DNA of 62,878 nt, filler included, from Octopus bimaculoides (GCF_001194135.2; 5 parts of 5 records of this genome joined end to end with filler, not necessarily neighbours in it); one strand, 5' to 3'; counted from the whole stretch's first letter, positions 25,633 to 40,654 are shown. The notes: generated from the sequence alone by a model not told the origin. Translations and numbers: made by a program.

Positions 25633-25662
25633 CTGAAATATACAAGAAAAGAAGAAAAAAAT
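25633..25662 (-). promoter_or_regulatory. 3' splice acceptor for the coding exon (exon begins at 25632)
   Basis: Minus strand reads ttttttcttcttttcttgtatatttcag|gtgctg: long polypyrimidine tract plus CAG. Confidence 0.75.
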
Positions 25663-26731
25663 GATAAGTCAACGTAGGAAAATTAGTGATTGAAATATAA
25701 ATATGCAATTTAAATAGTAATCAATAATAGAATAATCAAGTGGTATAAAATGACCATAAACTATTACATCAAGCATAAATACGATTTACCGTTTTATTGA
25801 TATCTAAATTCATTGAACACGTGTTATATGTGTGTGCCTGTGTATGTGTGCATGTAAATACACCCATAAATACGCACGCACACACAGACACACACACGGA
25901 CAATAACACGCGCGCACGCAGGCACACACATATATAAAATAGTATACATGTACAAAGATATGTTTATTTGTATGCGTGAGTCTAGGTGTGCGCGTCTGTA
26001 AGTGAAATACACTCTCTCTCTCTTTCTTTCTCTCTTTCTTTTCCTATCTGTCTGTCTCTCTCTCTACCTCCTCATGACTATATTTTAAGTACCTTTCGAT
26101 ATAGCTAAATTCTTGTCAATCAATGACGGGGACAGTTATGATGGAAAGCGTTTTTAGTATTCATGGCGATATATGTATCCATATTTACACACACATACGC
26201 ATGCACCCAAGAACATTAATACACGCGCATGTACACACACACTCACTCACACACACACTCACTCACACACACACTCACTCACACACACACACTCATAAAA
26301 GGGTGTGAGCGTTTGTATATGTAATTGTGTGTATATATATATATAATAGAATAAAGGTACAAACTGGCAAACAAGAGGTATCAGGTCTGATTATGAAATT
26401 TATACATTTATACATTGATATAACTTCAGGGAAGACATGAACGTTGCTGGAGTTTAAATCACAAAAGATCAATAGAAATCAAGTGATGAAGAGCGATTGT
26501 GATATATATGCTTGTATTTTCCCAGAAGAGTTATAAGTTAGGTTCGTTTTATAGATATTAGTTATTAGGTTAAGGCAGGTCATCGTTCCCGATTGCAATA
26601 TTGTTTACAGCCAACCATTATTATACAGTTATAACATCCCTGTATTTAAGTTGGAGAGTATGTTGGAAATCAAACTGAACACTGTCTTGATGTACCTGTT
26701 GGATTACGTCATCAGACGTAAATGTCTTGAA

Positions 26732-26783
<52 letters not shown>

Positions 26784-27573
26784 GTGTGTGTGTGTATGAA
26801 TGCTTATGTGTTTTGTATGTGTGTTCCTACTTGTGAGTGTGTATATTTGAGAATATAGTATATACATAGATATTATGTGTGTATGTATAATAATATAATA
26901 TATGTATGTGTGCATGTCTATAAGGTATATAACCACATATAATTATATGTGCCTAGATCGAGTGTGAATGAGAAAAAGAATGTGCGAAGAACTATAAATC
27001 GAAGTTATAATAAATATACAATAAGATATGAAATGATGTCTGTATTATCATGATTAGGAGAACAACGTAATAAGTTACAGTAAGTACAAAAATATCCGTA
27101 ATAACTGTGATAATGATAAGGTTAAGGATATATTGATTAGGAAGGCGATCATGAATTTGTGGAGAGTTGTACAAAAGATCTAATGAACCCAAATATTTGA
27201 TGGGTACTTATGCAGTCAGTCCTAGGGAAGAAGGTAAAATGTTGAATGATGCACTTTAGAGTAATTATTTAATTTCAATTTTCCTCATATATGCATGCCT
27301 TGAAAATTCATGATATAACCTTTACATTTAATTGTGTATAAACTTGGTTAACATCAGAAACATATTCGACAGTAACTTCGAAACTTCAGTTTGCTCGCTG
27401 ACGAATGTGAGCCGAAATTTTGAAATTTCTATTAAAGTTTCCCCAGTAAAAATTTAATAAGAATCTATTTTAATAAAATAAAATATATTGAGTAATTACT
27501 TCCGTTTGAACCTAAATTATTTCATATATGTTTTAACATAAAAGCGTTCTCTTTCTCTGTATCTGTCTATCTT

Positions 27574-27609
<36 letters not shown>

Positions 27610-27720
27610 NNNNNNNNNNATATATATATATATATACATGTATATACATATACATACATATACACATACATACACACACATACACACACACTCACTCACA
27701 CACACACACACATATACACG

Positions 27721-27751
<31 letters not shown>

Positions 27752-28105
27752 GAATGCATCTGTTAAAAGTTTGTAGTGTGTGAAGTGCATCACATACGGA
27801 GTGCCTGAAAAACGAATAAAGGAAATAAAAACCTAAACCTTAGAATACCTATATGCCATTGACCAATGAACATTGCAGAATTAAAATATATTCCAATATG
27901 TATACATATATACGTATACTCACATGTTTCAAATATGTTTCAATATGTAGGAACGTAAGGTTTATTTTTAAAAATGTATCTCTAACGGCAGAACTCATGA
28001 CCTAGACAATCCAAAGCTGCAAATATTTCGAGATTGGTAAAACCAACATCTTCCTATACAGCATAGGAATTTCCGTCCCAAGGTTGAATATCGTGATAAG
28101 TTAAA

Positions 28106-28315
<210 letters not shown>

Positions 28316-28532
28316 ATTGAAGCTGGTTATTAAAGAATTATAACAGACACAAACATCAATATCAGTGTCTAAGTGGAATAATAAACACAGCTCCCACAAT
28401 AGTTACAAAACAATGTTGGTGTTTCCTCGATCTACTCAACTATAAGTAACAAAACACAAACAGAATATAAGAGAAAACAATCTACAAAAGAGGAGAAATA
28501 GTAAAAAAAATCTCATAAACTTTAATGAGATA

Positions 28533-29666
28533 TTGGTTTGGCCAAAAAGTCCGTTCGGTTTTTGTCGACACTAAACTTCAAGTATTGAAATGAATAACTT
28601 CACTCCGTTCCTTGCGCATGCGTATACGTTAGAGTATTGACATTGCAAGGTAGGTCGATGCGAACCTTCAGGATAATGTTACGGAACGTATTTGTCAGAA
28701 GTGGATTTCAAGTTTTCGATCGGGAAATTTTTGGGTCAACTGAGAATAACAACAGACAATTGAGAAAAACAGCGACAAAATAAAGGAGTCGACAACAACT
28801 ACCCCACTTATACGACTATGATGACTTCAACTATACTTTAAATAGCTAAACCGAGTGTTAAAATCATCTACATCAACTTAGTTACATCAGCAGGTTTATG
28901 GTTTGGGTCACACATAAATTAAATCAAGTCCCCCCCCCCAACGGATTTCCATCTGCCATTTATGGGACAGGTGGGAAGAAAACGATCCATTTTGAAGAGA
29001 ATAGTGACAAGGAATGAAAATGGAATCATTTATAGCAGCGCAAAGCACAGATAGTCATAGAGAAAGTGCGACAAGCACCACAAATAATCCCCAAAGCAGA
29101 ACTTAACCCGATGGTTATACTTTCAATTTGGTGGAATGGGATTAATGTTTTCTCCTACGTGCTTCTTCCCATGAATAGGACCATCAATTCCGATGTGTAC
29201 TGTGAAGAGATGGGCAAATTAAACGCAGCGATTGGACGCGTCTACTGGACGCGTCCAACATTTGTTAATCGTAAGGGCATTGCTTTCATCGCGATAATGT
29301 CAGACTGCACACCCTCTTAGAAGATGTAACAGAAATTACTTGGGCTTGGCCGGGAAATTTTGCCGTACCTTCCATCTTTCTCCGACCTTGCGCTTCAGAT
29401 TTTCACCTCTTTCAATCCCTTCAACATTCATTGAATGGACAGAGCTTCAACATAGGAGAGGATGTAAAAATTCACCTGGGGAGGCTATTCGCCAGTAAAG
29501 GTCGGAAAATCTTTGAGCAGAGATCTACCTACAAGATGGTACAATGTACTGGAATGAATCACCAGTTTTATCCTTGATTCAATAAGTCACTTTGTGTTGA
29601 AAAAAAAAAAAAAACATGTGTCATATTTTTGCTTAAGAAATCGAATGGAAATTTTGACTAACCCAG
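28533..29666 (+). mobile_element. Degenerate mariner element
   Basis: TA-ttggtttggccaaaaagtccgttcg with a matching decayed right TIR; remnants of WVxHKL, VILSIWW, TINSDVYC and SPDLA. Confidence 0.85.
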
Positions 29667-29779
29667 TGAATAACAGATCTTCACAAGAGAAAAATATTAG
29701 TCGAGACAAATACTAGGAAAATATAACATAATGAAATATGTTGCTGAAGTCAATGATAACCTCAAAGAATAAATCCTTA

Positions 29780-31900
29780 CTAAATAGCAAAAATCTGTCA
29801 TTATTAATGCCGAGAACGTTTCTCAGATCAAAACAAATATAAATCTCGAGTGATTGTATCAAGAACTTGGTAAACAATATGGAAAACAGTGCAGATCGAA
29901 CATTAAGAAAAATAGTTTTCTTTTGATAGACTAATAACGGCGGTGAAGGATCTACCAGAGAGACATTTGCTGAAGAATCGTAGAGGATGGGTTAAAATGG
30001 CAGAACTAACTTACAAATTACATATTACAAAAAACTAGAGGATACTAGACATGATAACATTCAAAACTGCAAGTTTCAAACATTTAATTCTACTGATTAT
30101 ATAGAATTGATTATATCCCTTACGTCACAAAAAAAACACCATGTTATTGTTAAAATATTTTAGAGAAACACGAACTGAAATTTTGATCAGATCTTTGTAC
30201 AGCCAGAGATAACACCTGAGTGTCTAACTTGTTGGTGATTCGTCTTAATTCCTTCAACAAAAGAAACCACAAACTCTGAGACCTAGAGACCCATATCTTC
30301 CATTCTTACAATCTGAAACTCATTAATTGCAATAATGCAGCAAAACCTGTTGTTTTCAGAGGACCAGAGTGAATACAAAGGCTCTTGTGGCTATAAAGAA
30401 CACATAAGCAAAGAGTAAAGAATGCATAATAAAGTTTTGAGCAGATCATAGACGGAATACACGCAGGCTGTTGATAGTATTTCCCATCCGTTGATCCTGG
30501 AGTTATTACCCATGAGTATGGTAGCTCCAGTAAAAGAAGAAAAAATGTAACTAGAAATATCATGTGAAATCTGCAATTTTGCTGATGTAAACAAGGGAAT
30601 TAAAAAGAACAGAAACTGATCACCATTGAATGAAAACGATTCCAAAGGATTGCCCTTTCCGATCTCTTCTTTTGACCCCGACCCCTATAGATATTATGTT
30701 AAACAGGATGAGACACGGGCAGAAATGTTACAGTAAGACATCAACAATGTTTTGTATATAGCTGACCTCAAGACGTACGATGCAAATAATAAACAACTAG
30801 AAATACTTCTGTAGACAAAGATTCGAAATAGAAATATGTGCTAAGGGAAATTGAGATTTAATGAAGAGCCATATTAACATGCTAAAAATAGAAAGTGAAA
30901 TAAGGGAACACCAAAGGCAAGTCTACAACTATTTAAAATCCGATGACTTACGCAGTGAATATGTACAAAATATACTTTTGAAAAGTTATTATAATGGCTT
31001 AAGTTTAATACTAGAATGTATGTTGAATCAAAAAATATCACGAAATGAAAAGAAAAATTAAGCCTCACATGTGTAGCTGCTCCAATAAAAACTCATAATA
31101 GCCCCAATTTGACGTTAAACTAATTTGCAAGACTTGACCAAAGCAAAAGCAGAAAATATGTTCCGTATACTCAACACAAAAATCCAATTTAGAATAATTG
31201 TATTTACTAGGAATACTGGCTTGTAATGACCTTTTACAATTAAAAAAGTACTAAATACCATTATAGTATAACACAAATATCTAGAAAAGTGTCAGAGAAC
31301 ATTAGTCCCCGTAGCTACGAAATGGGGATAAAAGGAATAAAGACTGTTCACTTTCTAAGAAGTCATACAAAATACTGTATTCACAGCTGTGAAGGAAAAG
31401 AAGATACAACAGAAATTCAGAAAAGTCTCTGATTTGTACTGAACTCAGGGCTATAGAGAAACATGGCGTACCTCCGGGAAGCCAAGCATCAACAAGATCA
31501 AAGTCTATAAAAGTGACACTGAAACATTTTCCATTACGGTACCAGATCAATGCATTTCTTTTCAAAAACTCTAACAGCATTTAATGAAGCAGAGTACAGT
31601 AAATAAATTTATTCCTTTTCTTCAAATGCTGCTAGAGTTGCGACTTCCAGTTGAAGATATGCCAGCATTAACAAATCCTCCAGAAAACTGATAGCACCAG
31701 AGAAGGTCTCAGAGAATGAAAAATCGATGATACTATTAGCTATGTCAATGCACAGTTACGGAGATCAAGAATAATCGATCACATATTGTCATCAAGTATA
31801 GCAGGATATGAAATATCTTTTAATCGCGATAGGACAAAGTCAAATGAATACCATATACCACGAGTGTTTCAAAAGCTGAAGAAAAATGAAAGCGCTCCAC
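29780..31900 (+). mobile_element. Degenerate R4/Dong-like LINE (RT through RLE)
   Basis: EYTQAVDSISHPLI (DYxKAYDSVxH), a decayed GDxLSPLLF, NNVLYIADLKTY (YMDDLK) and APEKVSENEK...IKNNRSHIVI (RLE). Confidence 0.65.
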
Positions 31901-32052
31901 AAAATCTCACTTCCATCCGGTTTATGCTGATATGCTCTTATAAAACAAAATTAATATCATGAATAATTACTGAATTTATGAAAATCTTTTATCAAACATT
32001 GTTACTGAATCAAAACATTTACTCGCTCTGTCTCACTCTCAATCAATCAATC

Positions 32053-32105
<53 letters not shown>

Positions 32106-32647
32106 CTCTATGTATGTATGTATGTATGCATGTATGTATGTATGTATGTATCTATCTATCTATTTATCTATCTATTGGTTTATCTATCTACCTATCTATC
32201 TATGTGTGTATACGTGTTTCTCCGGCTGCACATCGACGATAGGACATATTCATTGTTGAATACACTGTATCTACTATTACAAATGACCTCTCAACAAGCT
32301 AAGAAACTGGTACATGCCACATGCATACACACACTTGTGCCCACGCCCACACACGTGGGCTCACAAGTGTATCTAAGATATTTAGATACGTTATTCAGTA
32401 GGACGTTAGATGCAATTTTCTGTAGGTCGTGGGAGAACAGGTCGATGGCTTTTCAGAGCTATCAGAAAAATTGCTTTGCTCTTTTTCGTCTCCAACTTCC
32501 TCACCCGCTCTTGCAGTTGTTATCTCATCACTCGAGGTAGTTGGTGTAAGAAATTAACCGGGCCATTGCTTCTGTAATCTCGTCCTTCAAAGATGATTTA
32601 TTGGGGAATGATTGCACGGGAGTCTTTTGTTTCGCATGTGTAAATAT

Positions 32648-33079
32648 TCTTTTCTACTACAGGCACAAGGCCCAAAATTTTGGGAGAGGTGGCCAGTCGA
32701 TTAGGTCGACCCCATTACGCAACATGTGCTTAATTTATCAACCCCCGAGACTATGAACGGCAAAGTCGACCTCAGCGGAATTGAAACTCAGAACATAAAG
32801 ACAGACGAAATATCGCTAAGCATTTCGCCCGGCGTGTTAACGTTTCTTATTTCTTTATTGCTCACAAGGGGCTAAACATAGAGGAGACAAACAAGGACAG
32901 ACAAAAGGGATAAGTCGATTACATCGACCCCAGTTCATAACTGGTAAATAATTTATCGACCCCGAAAGGATGAAAGCAAAGTCGACCTCGGCCGAATTTG
33001 AACTCAGAACGTAAAGACAGACGAAATACCGCTAAGCATTTCGACCGGCGTGCTAACGTTTCTACCAGTTCGCCGCCTT
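32648..33079 (-). mobile_element. Two abutting tRNA-derived SINEs, family B
   Basis: Minus 5' aaggcggcgaactggtagaaacgttagc (A box) and ctgagttcaaattc (B box), with shared core gtcgactttgc.tttcatcctttcggggtcgataaa; the two units have different 3' tails. Confidence 0.85.
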
Positions 33080-34269
33080 CGTGTACGTAAATATCGAAGC
33101 AATCATAATTATACATAAACAGATCAGCATGTAAGTCATACATTAGTGAATTGCCGTATGCTAGCTAAGAATTATGTATATACACACACCTGCTAGGAAT
33201 TTAGGTTTAAGTTATAGTGCGTTGATTGGATCAGTTTTATACATTGTTTAAAACATTACTGACATAACAACTAAGTGATATGCAGCAGTAAACGCATAGA
33301 CCCACACCATAAAGTTGGTTATTCACACATAGACCCATAATATCAACGGACTATAATAACAAAACAAAAAATTTCATCAAAAATCTGCACTCTCAGCAAC
33401 TTTGGGGGACAATGCTTATCTTGTAACAAAAGATGCTGCGAACATTATTATATGAAGAATACATCCAGGAGAATAGTATCAATATCGGCTTTAAACGGTG
33501 GCAACAATTCGGGGAGAGGGGTTAAATCGATTACATCGACCCAAGTGTTCAACTGGTACTTATTTTATTGACTCCGAAAATTTTAAGTTTGCAATGAAGA
33601 GGAAGGGGAGAAATAAATTCAGTATAATTTTACTCCATTTACTAGGCATATATTAAATGGAATATCAATAAACAAATATTCGAGACATCGAAGAAATTAG
33701 AATCAAATCAATAACAATGAATCGGATAGTGTTATCTTGCAACTATAATAGCAGCGTCAGCAACGAAGTCGATGTTGAACCAGTACTCCGATGTTGGTCA
33801 TAGTTGAGCTTCATAGAAGGTTAGTAGGTGTTAGAAGCTCTGAAGAGAGAGTTCAAACATTGAGATCAGTTTTTGCAATGCTGGGTAATTTGCGTTGCTA
33901 GGCGATATGATCAGTGTTTGTGATGCAGGTATATAAAGTGATCATCAGTGTTGTAATCGTGTGCTGATCTTGTTTAGTGCAGGTGGATGAGATGGAATAA
34001 ATTTGATTTGGTATGAGCTATGAGTGTACTGACTACCGTCGAGGGAAACGAGTTTTGCATTAATACCTTCAGGAATTATTTGAAGTTCTACACAGAGACA
34101 CACACGCACAAGCACATAGATTTGCACTCACGCACAACACAAACATGCACTCACGCGCACCTACACGAAACCACACTGTATAATTCAATAGGTAATCGCA
34201 AAGTTAGAACGCAGGAAAGTTATTGAAATAGAGACATCAAGTCTATTTGTTAAAAGCAATGGAGCTCTA

Positions 34270-34322
<53 letters not shown>

Positions 34323-34464
34323 ATTTATATATATATATCTGTAACATATGCTTATATACATATGCATGTATGCATATATATATATACACATATATAAGTA
34401 TACATATACGTATAAATGCATAGCTATAAATGTAAAAGTTTGTATCTGAATACACACACACTCA

Positions 34465-34574
<110 letters not shown>

Positions 34575-35469
34575 ACAAAGCATAGATATAGAGACATGTA
34601 AACTTTTCTCAATACATGGGTGCAATATATGTAAATTGAATGCATATATACTCAAAAATGTGATATATATATACGAATATACATACCATTTAAGACATTG
34701 CAGTATACTGAAGAGATCATTGAATGATTGTCGTGAAGAGTTACGAATTGCACCTGTTAGCAGCTGTATACGTCACAGTTGCTAAATACCGTGTTAGGCT
34801 GGAATTCATGCAAAGTAGCGCTTCTTAAATAACACCATTTAAATGCCTTACTCAAAGAGGTCTCGGTAGTTAAGAGGTCTCACTAAGTTAAACTAAATTG
34901 CTTAAACACCTGTTTATACATTTAGTATTTGCTTAATAATATTCAGCAACAAGGAAGACAAAGAAAATATATTTCCATTGCAAAAATAAACGTAATAAAT
35001 GATCCAGTCATTGTTATTTCAAACTTTACACGAAGCAGCATTTAATGAGATTCCTATTCACAAAAAAAGATCTCTAAGTATAGAATTAGGCCGGCGTCGT
35101 CATAAGGACTTCAAATTTGACTCAATTGATTTAATAGACTAAAGCCACGAGTAAAATAGCCTGCTATTAATAAAACTTTCCTTAAAATAACATTTATTTT
35201 TAATAGCGGAAACGTTTTCAGGCATTAAATGACTTATTAAATACAAAGCTGACAAAATCTGTAAAATCGATACTGAAGCATAAATAATGAATTTAAATGC
35301 AGCGTTACTTTATCTAATAGTCTACTCTTTAGGTGTTAAAACTGAAACTGTTATAATTTGTTTATATACGTCAAACTAATTGTGGAGCCAAGTACACGTA
35401 TGACGCGCACTAAATTTTCTTGTAATAACAACAACAACAACACAAATAATAATAATAATAATTCTTTTT

Positions 35470-35610
35470 ATTATAGACACAAAGCCTGGAATTTGTGAAG
35501 ACGAGGATAGTCGATCACATTGACCCCAGTGCTTGACTGGTACTTAATTTATCGACCTCGAAAGGATGAGAGGCAAAGTTGACCTCGGCGAAATTTGAAA
35601 TCAGAACGTA
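35470..35610 (-). mobile_element. 5'-truncated family B SINE
   Basis: Core tcgacctcgaaaggatgagaggcaaagttgacctcggcgaaatttgaaatcagaacgt. Confidence 0.8.
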
Positions 35611-36947
35611 ATGACGTGGATTGATCATCGTAAAGTGAGTGTGTGCGTGCGCGCACGCATGTGTGTATACATAATCTATTGGTTACAGATTTAGAAGAAA
35701 AGGATCGCTTATACTCACACAGTGAAATAATAATACTCTCTCTATCAGACACCTGTGTGGAATACGCATATATTTTTGTCTCTTAGGTAGTATGTCTTTG
35801 AAGAAAGACGTATATATATNNNNNNNNNNNNNNNNNNNNNNNNNNNNNNNNNNNNNNNNNNNNNNNNNNNNNNNNNNNNNNNNNNNNNATATATATATAT
35901 ATATATATATACAGAGAAGTATACATAAACATATACATAGATACATGTATATATTTATACGCACCCCCATATATCTAAAGAAAAATTTCAATAGTATTTC
36001 ATGAAATACATTGACAAAGTAGTTTAGTTGTCACCTGATGTGTAAATGGGCAACTTGCTGGCACATTCCGAAAGGTACAAGCAAATTGTTACAGTAACAA
36101 TCAGCGTAAATTATCAATTTCTCATGTATATCATTGGAACATACCACAAAATCCCCTTCACTCGCTACATTAAACTAAACAACTCAATCTTATGTATATT
36201 CTATAATAAAATACATCCACTATATGCCCTTAAATGTCTTCTCCCCAAATTTTGTAAACAAATCTTGCTCCTGTTATGTCGAAGCATCTTTCAACAGAAT
36301 AGCAGCTATATTTATATGAGCATTCACTGGCATCTATAGGTTAAACAAAATAGCATTAATAGCAGACATGATTAGATTATACGCAAAGAACTACGTTAAA
36401 ATTATTACAAATCTACCATTTTCAATAATTGTAACTTCTCTGATTATCAAAATATGCCTCAGTTTTCTAAGGAGATTTTCGACAGACAAACTCAGAAACA
36501 CATTAATGTATACTTAAAACCACGTATCTGAGGAGGCTTATACCGAAAGAAATATGTACTTATCTGACGGGCTTTGGGAAATAATATTGAGATAGCAGAT
36601 CAATATTAGTTTCACTTTGTACAAATATACTTAATACTATACGTTCCTATTATATTATATCTGGAAGAAACACTAGAACAATTGTTCATATTGAAATTCA
36701 GATTAAAACTAGGGACAGAAATAAAATGCTTTACGGAAACAGGTGATATACTTTCCACACATTTAACCTCTCTTGACACGACTACCTTTTAGCGCTAAGT
36801 ATATCTTAAAACAACTTCAAGTTCTACATTATTCAATTTCAACCTATTAGAATAGTGTTAGTTTTCTTATTGCTATGTTAAACTATCGTAGTCACTCTTT
36901 ACTTTCCCGGTAATATTTGAAATATTATTCACGACACAAAATATATA

Positions 36948-37165
36948 TGAGGGGGTGCTGAAAAGTTCTTGGCTTTGGATAAAAGAAAATACGGTAAGAT
37001 CAGTTACTTATGATTTTATTCAATACACCCTCCCTCTCAGATTCACAAGCTTATTGCAGTGGTCTTTCTGTTGTTCTGAGCCATGTAAAAGAACTGAGTT
37101 TAGGTCCCCAACCAGACCTCTCGCGATAACTTTAAAGATAAGTACTTTTCAGCCGCCACCCTCTT
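36948..37165 (+). mobile_element. Mariner-derived MITE, copy 2
   Basis: TA-tgagggggtgctgaaaagttcttggcttt ... acttttcagccgccaccctc. Confidence 0.75.
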
Positions 37166-37610
37166 GTTTCAACCATTCTTCTGCTGCCATGCCGGAGCAA
37201 GGAGTTCTGTATTCGTTCGATTGTATAACAAGCACATATATTAGTGATTTCAAACATAAAGTAATTCAAATGTGTCCAGAACAGCCTACTCACTGCCGAA
37301 GGAGTTGAGTGAGACTAAACCGGCTTCCACGAGATGTAACAAATGACAAGAGTGTGGGGCAGTTCTCGGCTGTTTCCTATCCAGAGGAATTTTATAGCAA
37401 AAGTGTACTTGCAATTATTCATTTCTTTATCTACTTCGACTTCTATTCTTAAGAATATTTATTGTATACACACACACGCACACATACACACACACATTTA
37501 TACATATATACATGTACACGCATGCATACGCCCATCAAGCCTACGTGAATACATATGTATGAGAATGTATGTGTGTGTGTGTGTGTGTGCGTGTGTGTGT
37601 GTGTGCGTGC

Positions 37611-37678
<68 letters not shown>

Positions 37679-38499
37679 CAGTATTATTTCATTTTTAACC
37701 TAAATGATATTTCGTTATGTCTCGATATCAGATTTTAGCCTCACCGAGTTTTATTTATTATCAAAAATTATACCCAAAACTCAGTTATGTAAGTAACAAC
37801 TACAAAAAAAAAATCCTTCCTCGAACAATGCACATGTCTACTTTGGGTATACAAGAAAAACCACTCCTATAATCTCAACTGTGTAAGACATTTGAAACAC
37901 ATACAAGCACATACATGCATGTATAATGTTTAAGAAGCAGAGATAAAGAAACAGGGCGAGAAAGAGGAAGAAAGACAAAAAAATGTGTTCGTGTGTTCGC
38001 ATCATGACTTAACAACGTGACTAACTTCAATGTTTCTTTTTGTTTATTCAAATATGTTGGTGTTCCCTTTCTATTCCAATCGATATTGATTCTAGGTGCA
38101 TCAACCTTTTAAAACATTCGTATTTTTATTTTCTGATGGAAATGGTTATTGGTGAGGATTTTTATTGCTATTTTATAACACACAAGTGTCATCGGTATGA
38201 TGTTGCTCGAATAACTGATGTTGCTATCTTTAGGTTTGAATACTTTTCGTCGATAAACTGAAAGATGTTTTCAGTAACCATGAACTTGTCTTAGGCTATC
38301 TCTGTAAGTCACTTCATCAGTGTTATTGTTTACGTTGTGTTTTAGTAGAGGTGTAAATTTTCGTCCAAAACAATTGACATTATCACCAAAATTGTTATAC
38401 CAGCCTCGTCTTTTGTTAAAGTGGCTCAACAACGTCAACAACAAAAACAATAAGAACATGAAGAGCAATACAACAGCAAAGTTTATAATATCTTTTTCT

Positions 38500-38930
38500 A
38501 CTAAAGGTACAATGCCTAAAATTTTGGGGAGGAAGATACTCAATTATATCGACCCCAGTATTCAACTGGTACTTATTTTTTCGACGCCGAAAGGAAGAAA
38601 CGCAAAGTCGACCTCGGCGGAATTTGAACTCAGAACGTAGCGACCGGCGAAATACTGCTAAGTATTTCGTGTTAACGATTTTGCCAGCTTGCCGTCTATA
38701 AAAAAAATGATGATATCGTTTTCTACTCTAGGCGCAAGGACCGAAATTTTTAGGGTGATGATGGGGCAGTCAATTAGATCGGCGACAGTACGCAACTGAT
38801 ACTTAATTTAATGGACCCGAAAGGATAAAGTTGACCTCGGCGGGATATGAACTCAGAACGTAAAGACAGACGAAATACCGAGAAGCATTTCGCCCAACTT
38901 GCTAACGATTCTGCCAGCTCAACGCCTGTA
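38500..38930 (-). mobile_element. Two adjacent family B SINEs (about 38500-38697 and 38720-38930)
   Basis: Same core and A/B boxes as 32648-33079. Confidence 0.8.
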
Positions 38931-39114
38931 AGAAAGGCATAACATTTCAAGGTATATTGTCTCACATTCTATCGATTATTTCAGTTCACTGCGTTGCTTG
39001 TTTCTGATTTATACACAAAGCCGAGGGTGACAACTATACCGACTCAAGTATTTGACTGGTACTTTAATTTGACCACACCGGAATTTGAACAGAAAATATA
39101 TGTATATATATATA

Positions 39115-40239
39115 TGAGAGGTATTGGTATCCAGAAGATCCAAGATGGCCGGTAAGGCTATGTAAGTACTACGTGAGGGCCGTAATTAGACTCTCGGGTC
39201 AATAATAATACGAGTCAGGAGTCTAATGTAGGTCTTGTGTGAGTATGTATATGTTAAATAAATTGAGGCAACAAAACCAAGGCTGTGTGGAATTTATCGG
39301 ACATTTATAAAGGGAAAAGTAGTCTTATAGCTGTTTCTCGGATATTAGGGATATCCCTTCGCCAGAGACTATATGAGAGAGTTAACTATAGGGAAACATA
39401 CGAGTTCAATATAAGGAGTTATTCTTTAAAAGATGGATATTGGAAGTATAATATGAAATAAGAGAAAAAAATTAAAGTAAAAATATATGGAGGATGTTAC
39501 AGTTGCAGTTCTACCCAAGGAAAGTGCTGTGTAGAATAGGTAGAAATGCTTTTCCTACATGGCATGTGGATTCAGATTGGAGTTTATATTTTGTTATTAC
39601 TAGTAGATAGTGTGGAGACATAAATTCCGTGTGCTGTTCATTGAAAGGGGTCTTGCGATGTGAATGAAATTTTGAGATTAGACTGGTAGGAGTAAGTGGC
39701 TAGAGAGTAGAGAATAGATATGAATGTTAGGAGAAGAATAGTATTAGTCAAAAAGAGTAGGAGCAGAAGGAAAGAAATAAAGAAAGAGGAAAAAATGAAA
39801 AATGAAGATGTGGTCAAGATAATGTGAGTGGGATGGAAGAGGAGAGCTATCAGGATACACGGATAAAGCGATGGATAGAAAGAAGAGTTAAGAATGTAAT
39901 GAAGGAATATGTGTAAGAAGTGGGAGGGGGGTTGATATGTTTGAAAGACGCTAAGTTGGAAGGATAGGTAAAGACAATGGTACGGGAGTGGTATACTAAT
40001 GTTAGTAGTAATTCTCACAGAGGAAGGGAAGAGTAATAAGATACAATGGTCAAGTTTCTAAAAATAGATGTTGGTATTTATTGTACTAGCTAAAGTGATA
40101 GTGGGGGGGGGGCTGATGAATCAGTGAGAGAAAGATGTGTATATAGATATAAACATGCGCGCACACACATACACATAAGTGTGTATATGCACGATTATAT
40201 AGGCACGCACAGGTTATGTACTTATACCCATAGGCATAT
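39115..40239 (-). mobile_element. Non-autonomous, probably Penelope-related element carrying a hammerhead motif (copy A)
   Basis: About 1 kb colinear with the reverse complement of 56770-57775; hammerhead-like motif at 39320-39371. Confidence 0.65.
39320..39371 (-). ncRNA. Degenerate minimal type I hammerhead ribozyme motif
   Basis: tagtct CTGGCGA agggatatccctaatatccga GAAAC agct ATA agacta: perfect stem I, core A6 mutated, stem III mismatch. Confidence 0.55.
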
Positions 40240-40614
40240 NNNNNNNNNNNNNNNNNNNNNNNNNNNNNNNNNNNNNNNNNNNNNNNNNNNNNNNNNNNNN
40301 NNNNNNNNNNNNNNNNNNNNNNNNNNNNNNNNNNNNNNNNNNNNNNNNNNNNNNNNNNNNNNNNNNNNNNNNNNNNNNNNNNNNNNNNNNNNNNNNNNNN
40401 NNNNNNNNNNNNNNNNNNNNNNNNNNNNNNNNNNNNNNNNNNNNNNNNNNNNNNNNNNNNNNNNNNNNNNNNNNNNNNNNNNNNNNNNNNNNNNNNNNNN
40501 NNNNNNNNNNNNNNNNNNNNNNNNNNNNNNNNNNNNNNNNNNNNNNNNNNNNNNNNNNNNNNNNNNNNNNNNNNNNNNNNNNNNNNNNNNNNNNNNNNNN
40601 NNNNNNNNNNNNNN

Positions 40615-40619
<5 letters not shown>

Positions 40620-40654
<35 letters not shown>

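Noticed and set aside
38040-38480. Complex-looking non-repeat segment as a possible exon
   Set aside because: Stops in the frames examined, no convincing splice pair, and no recognisable protein motif
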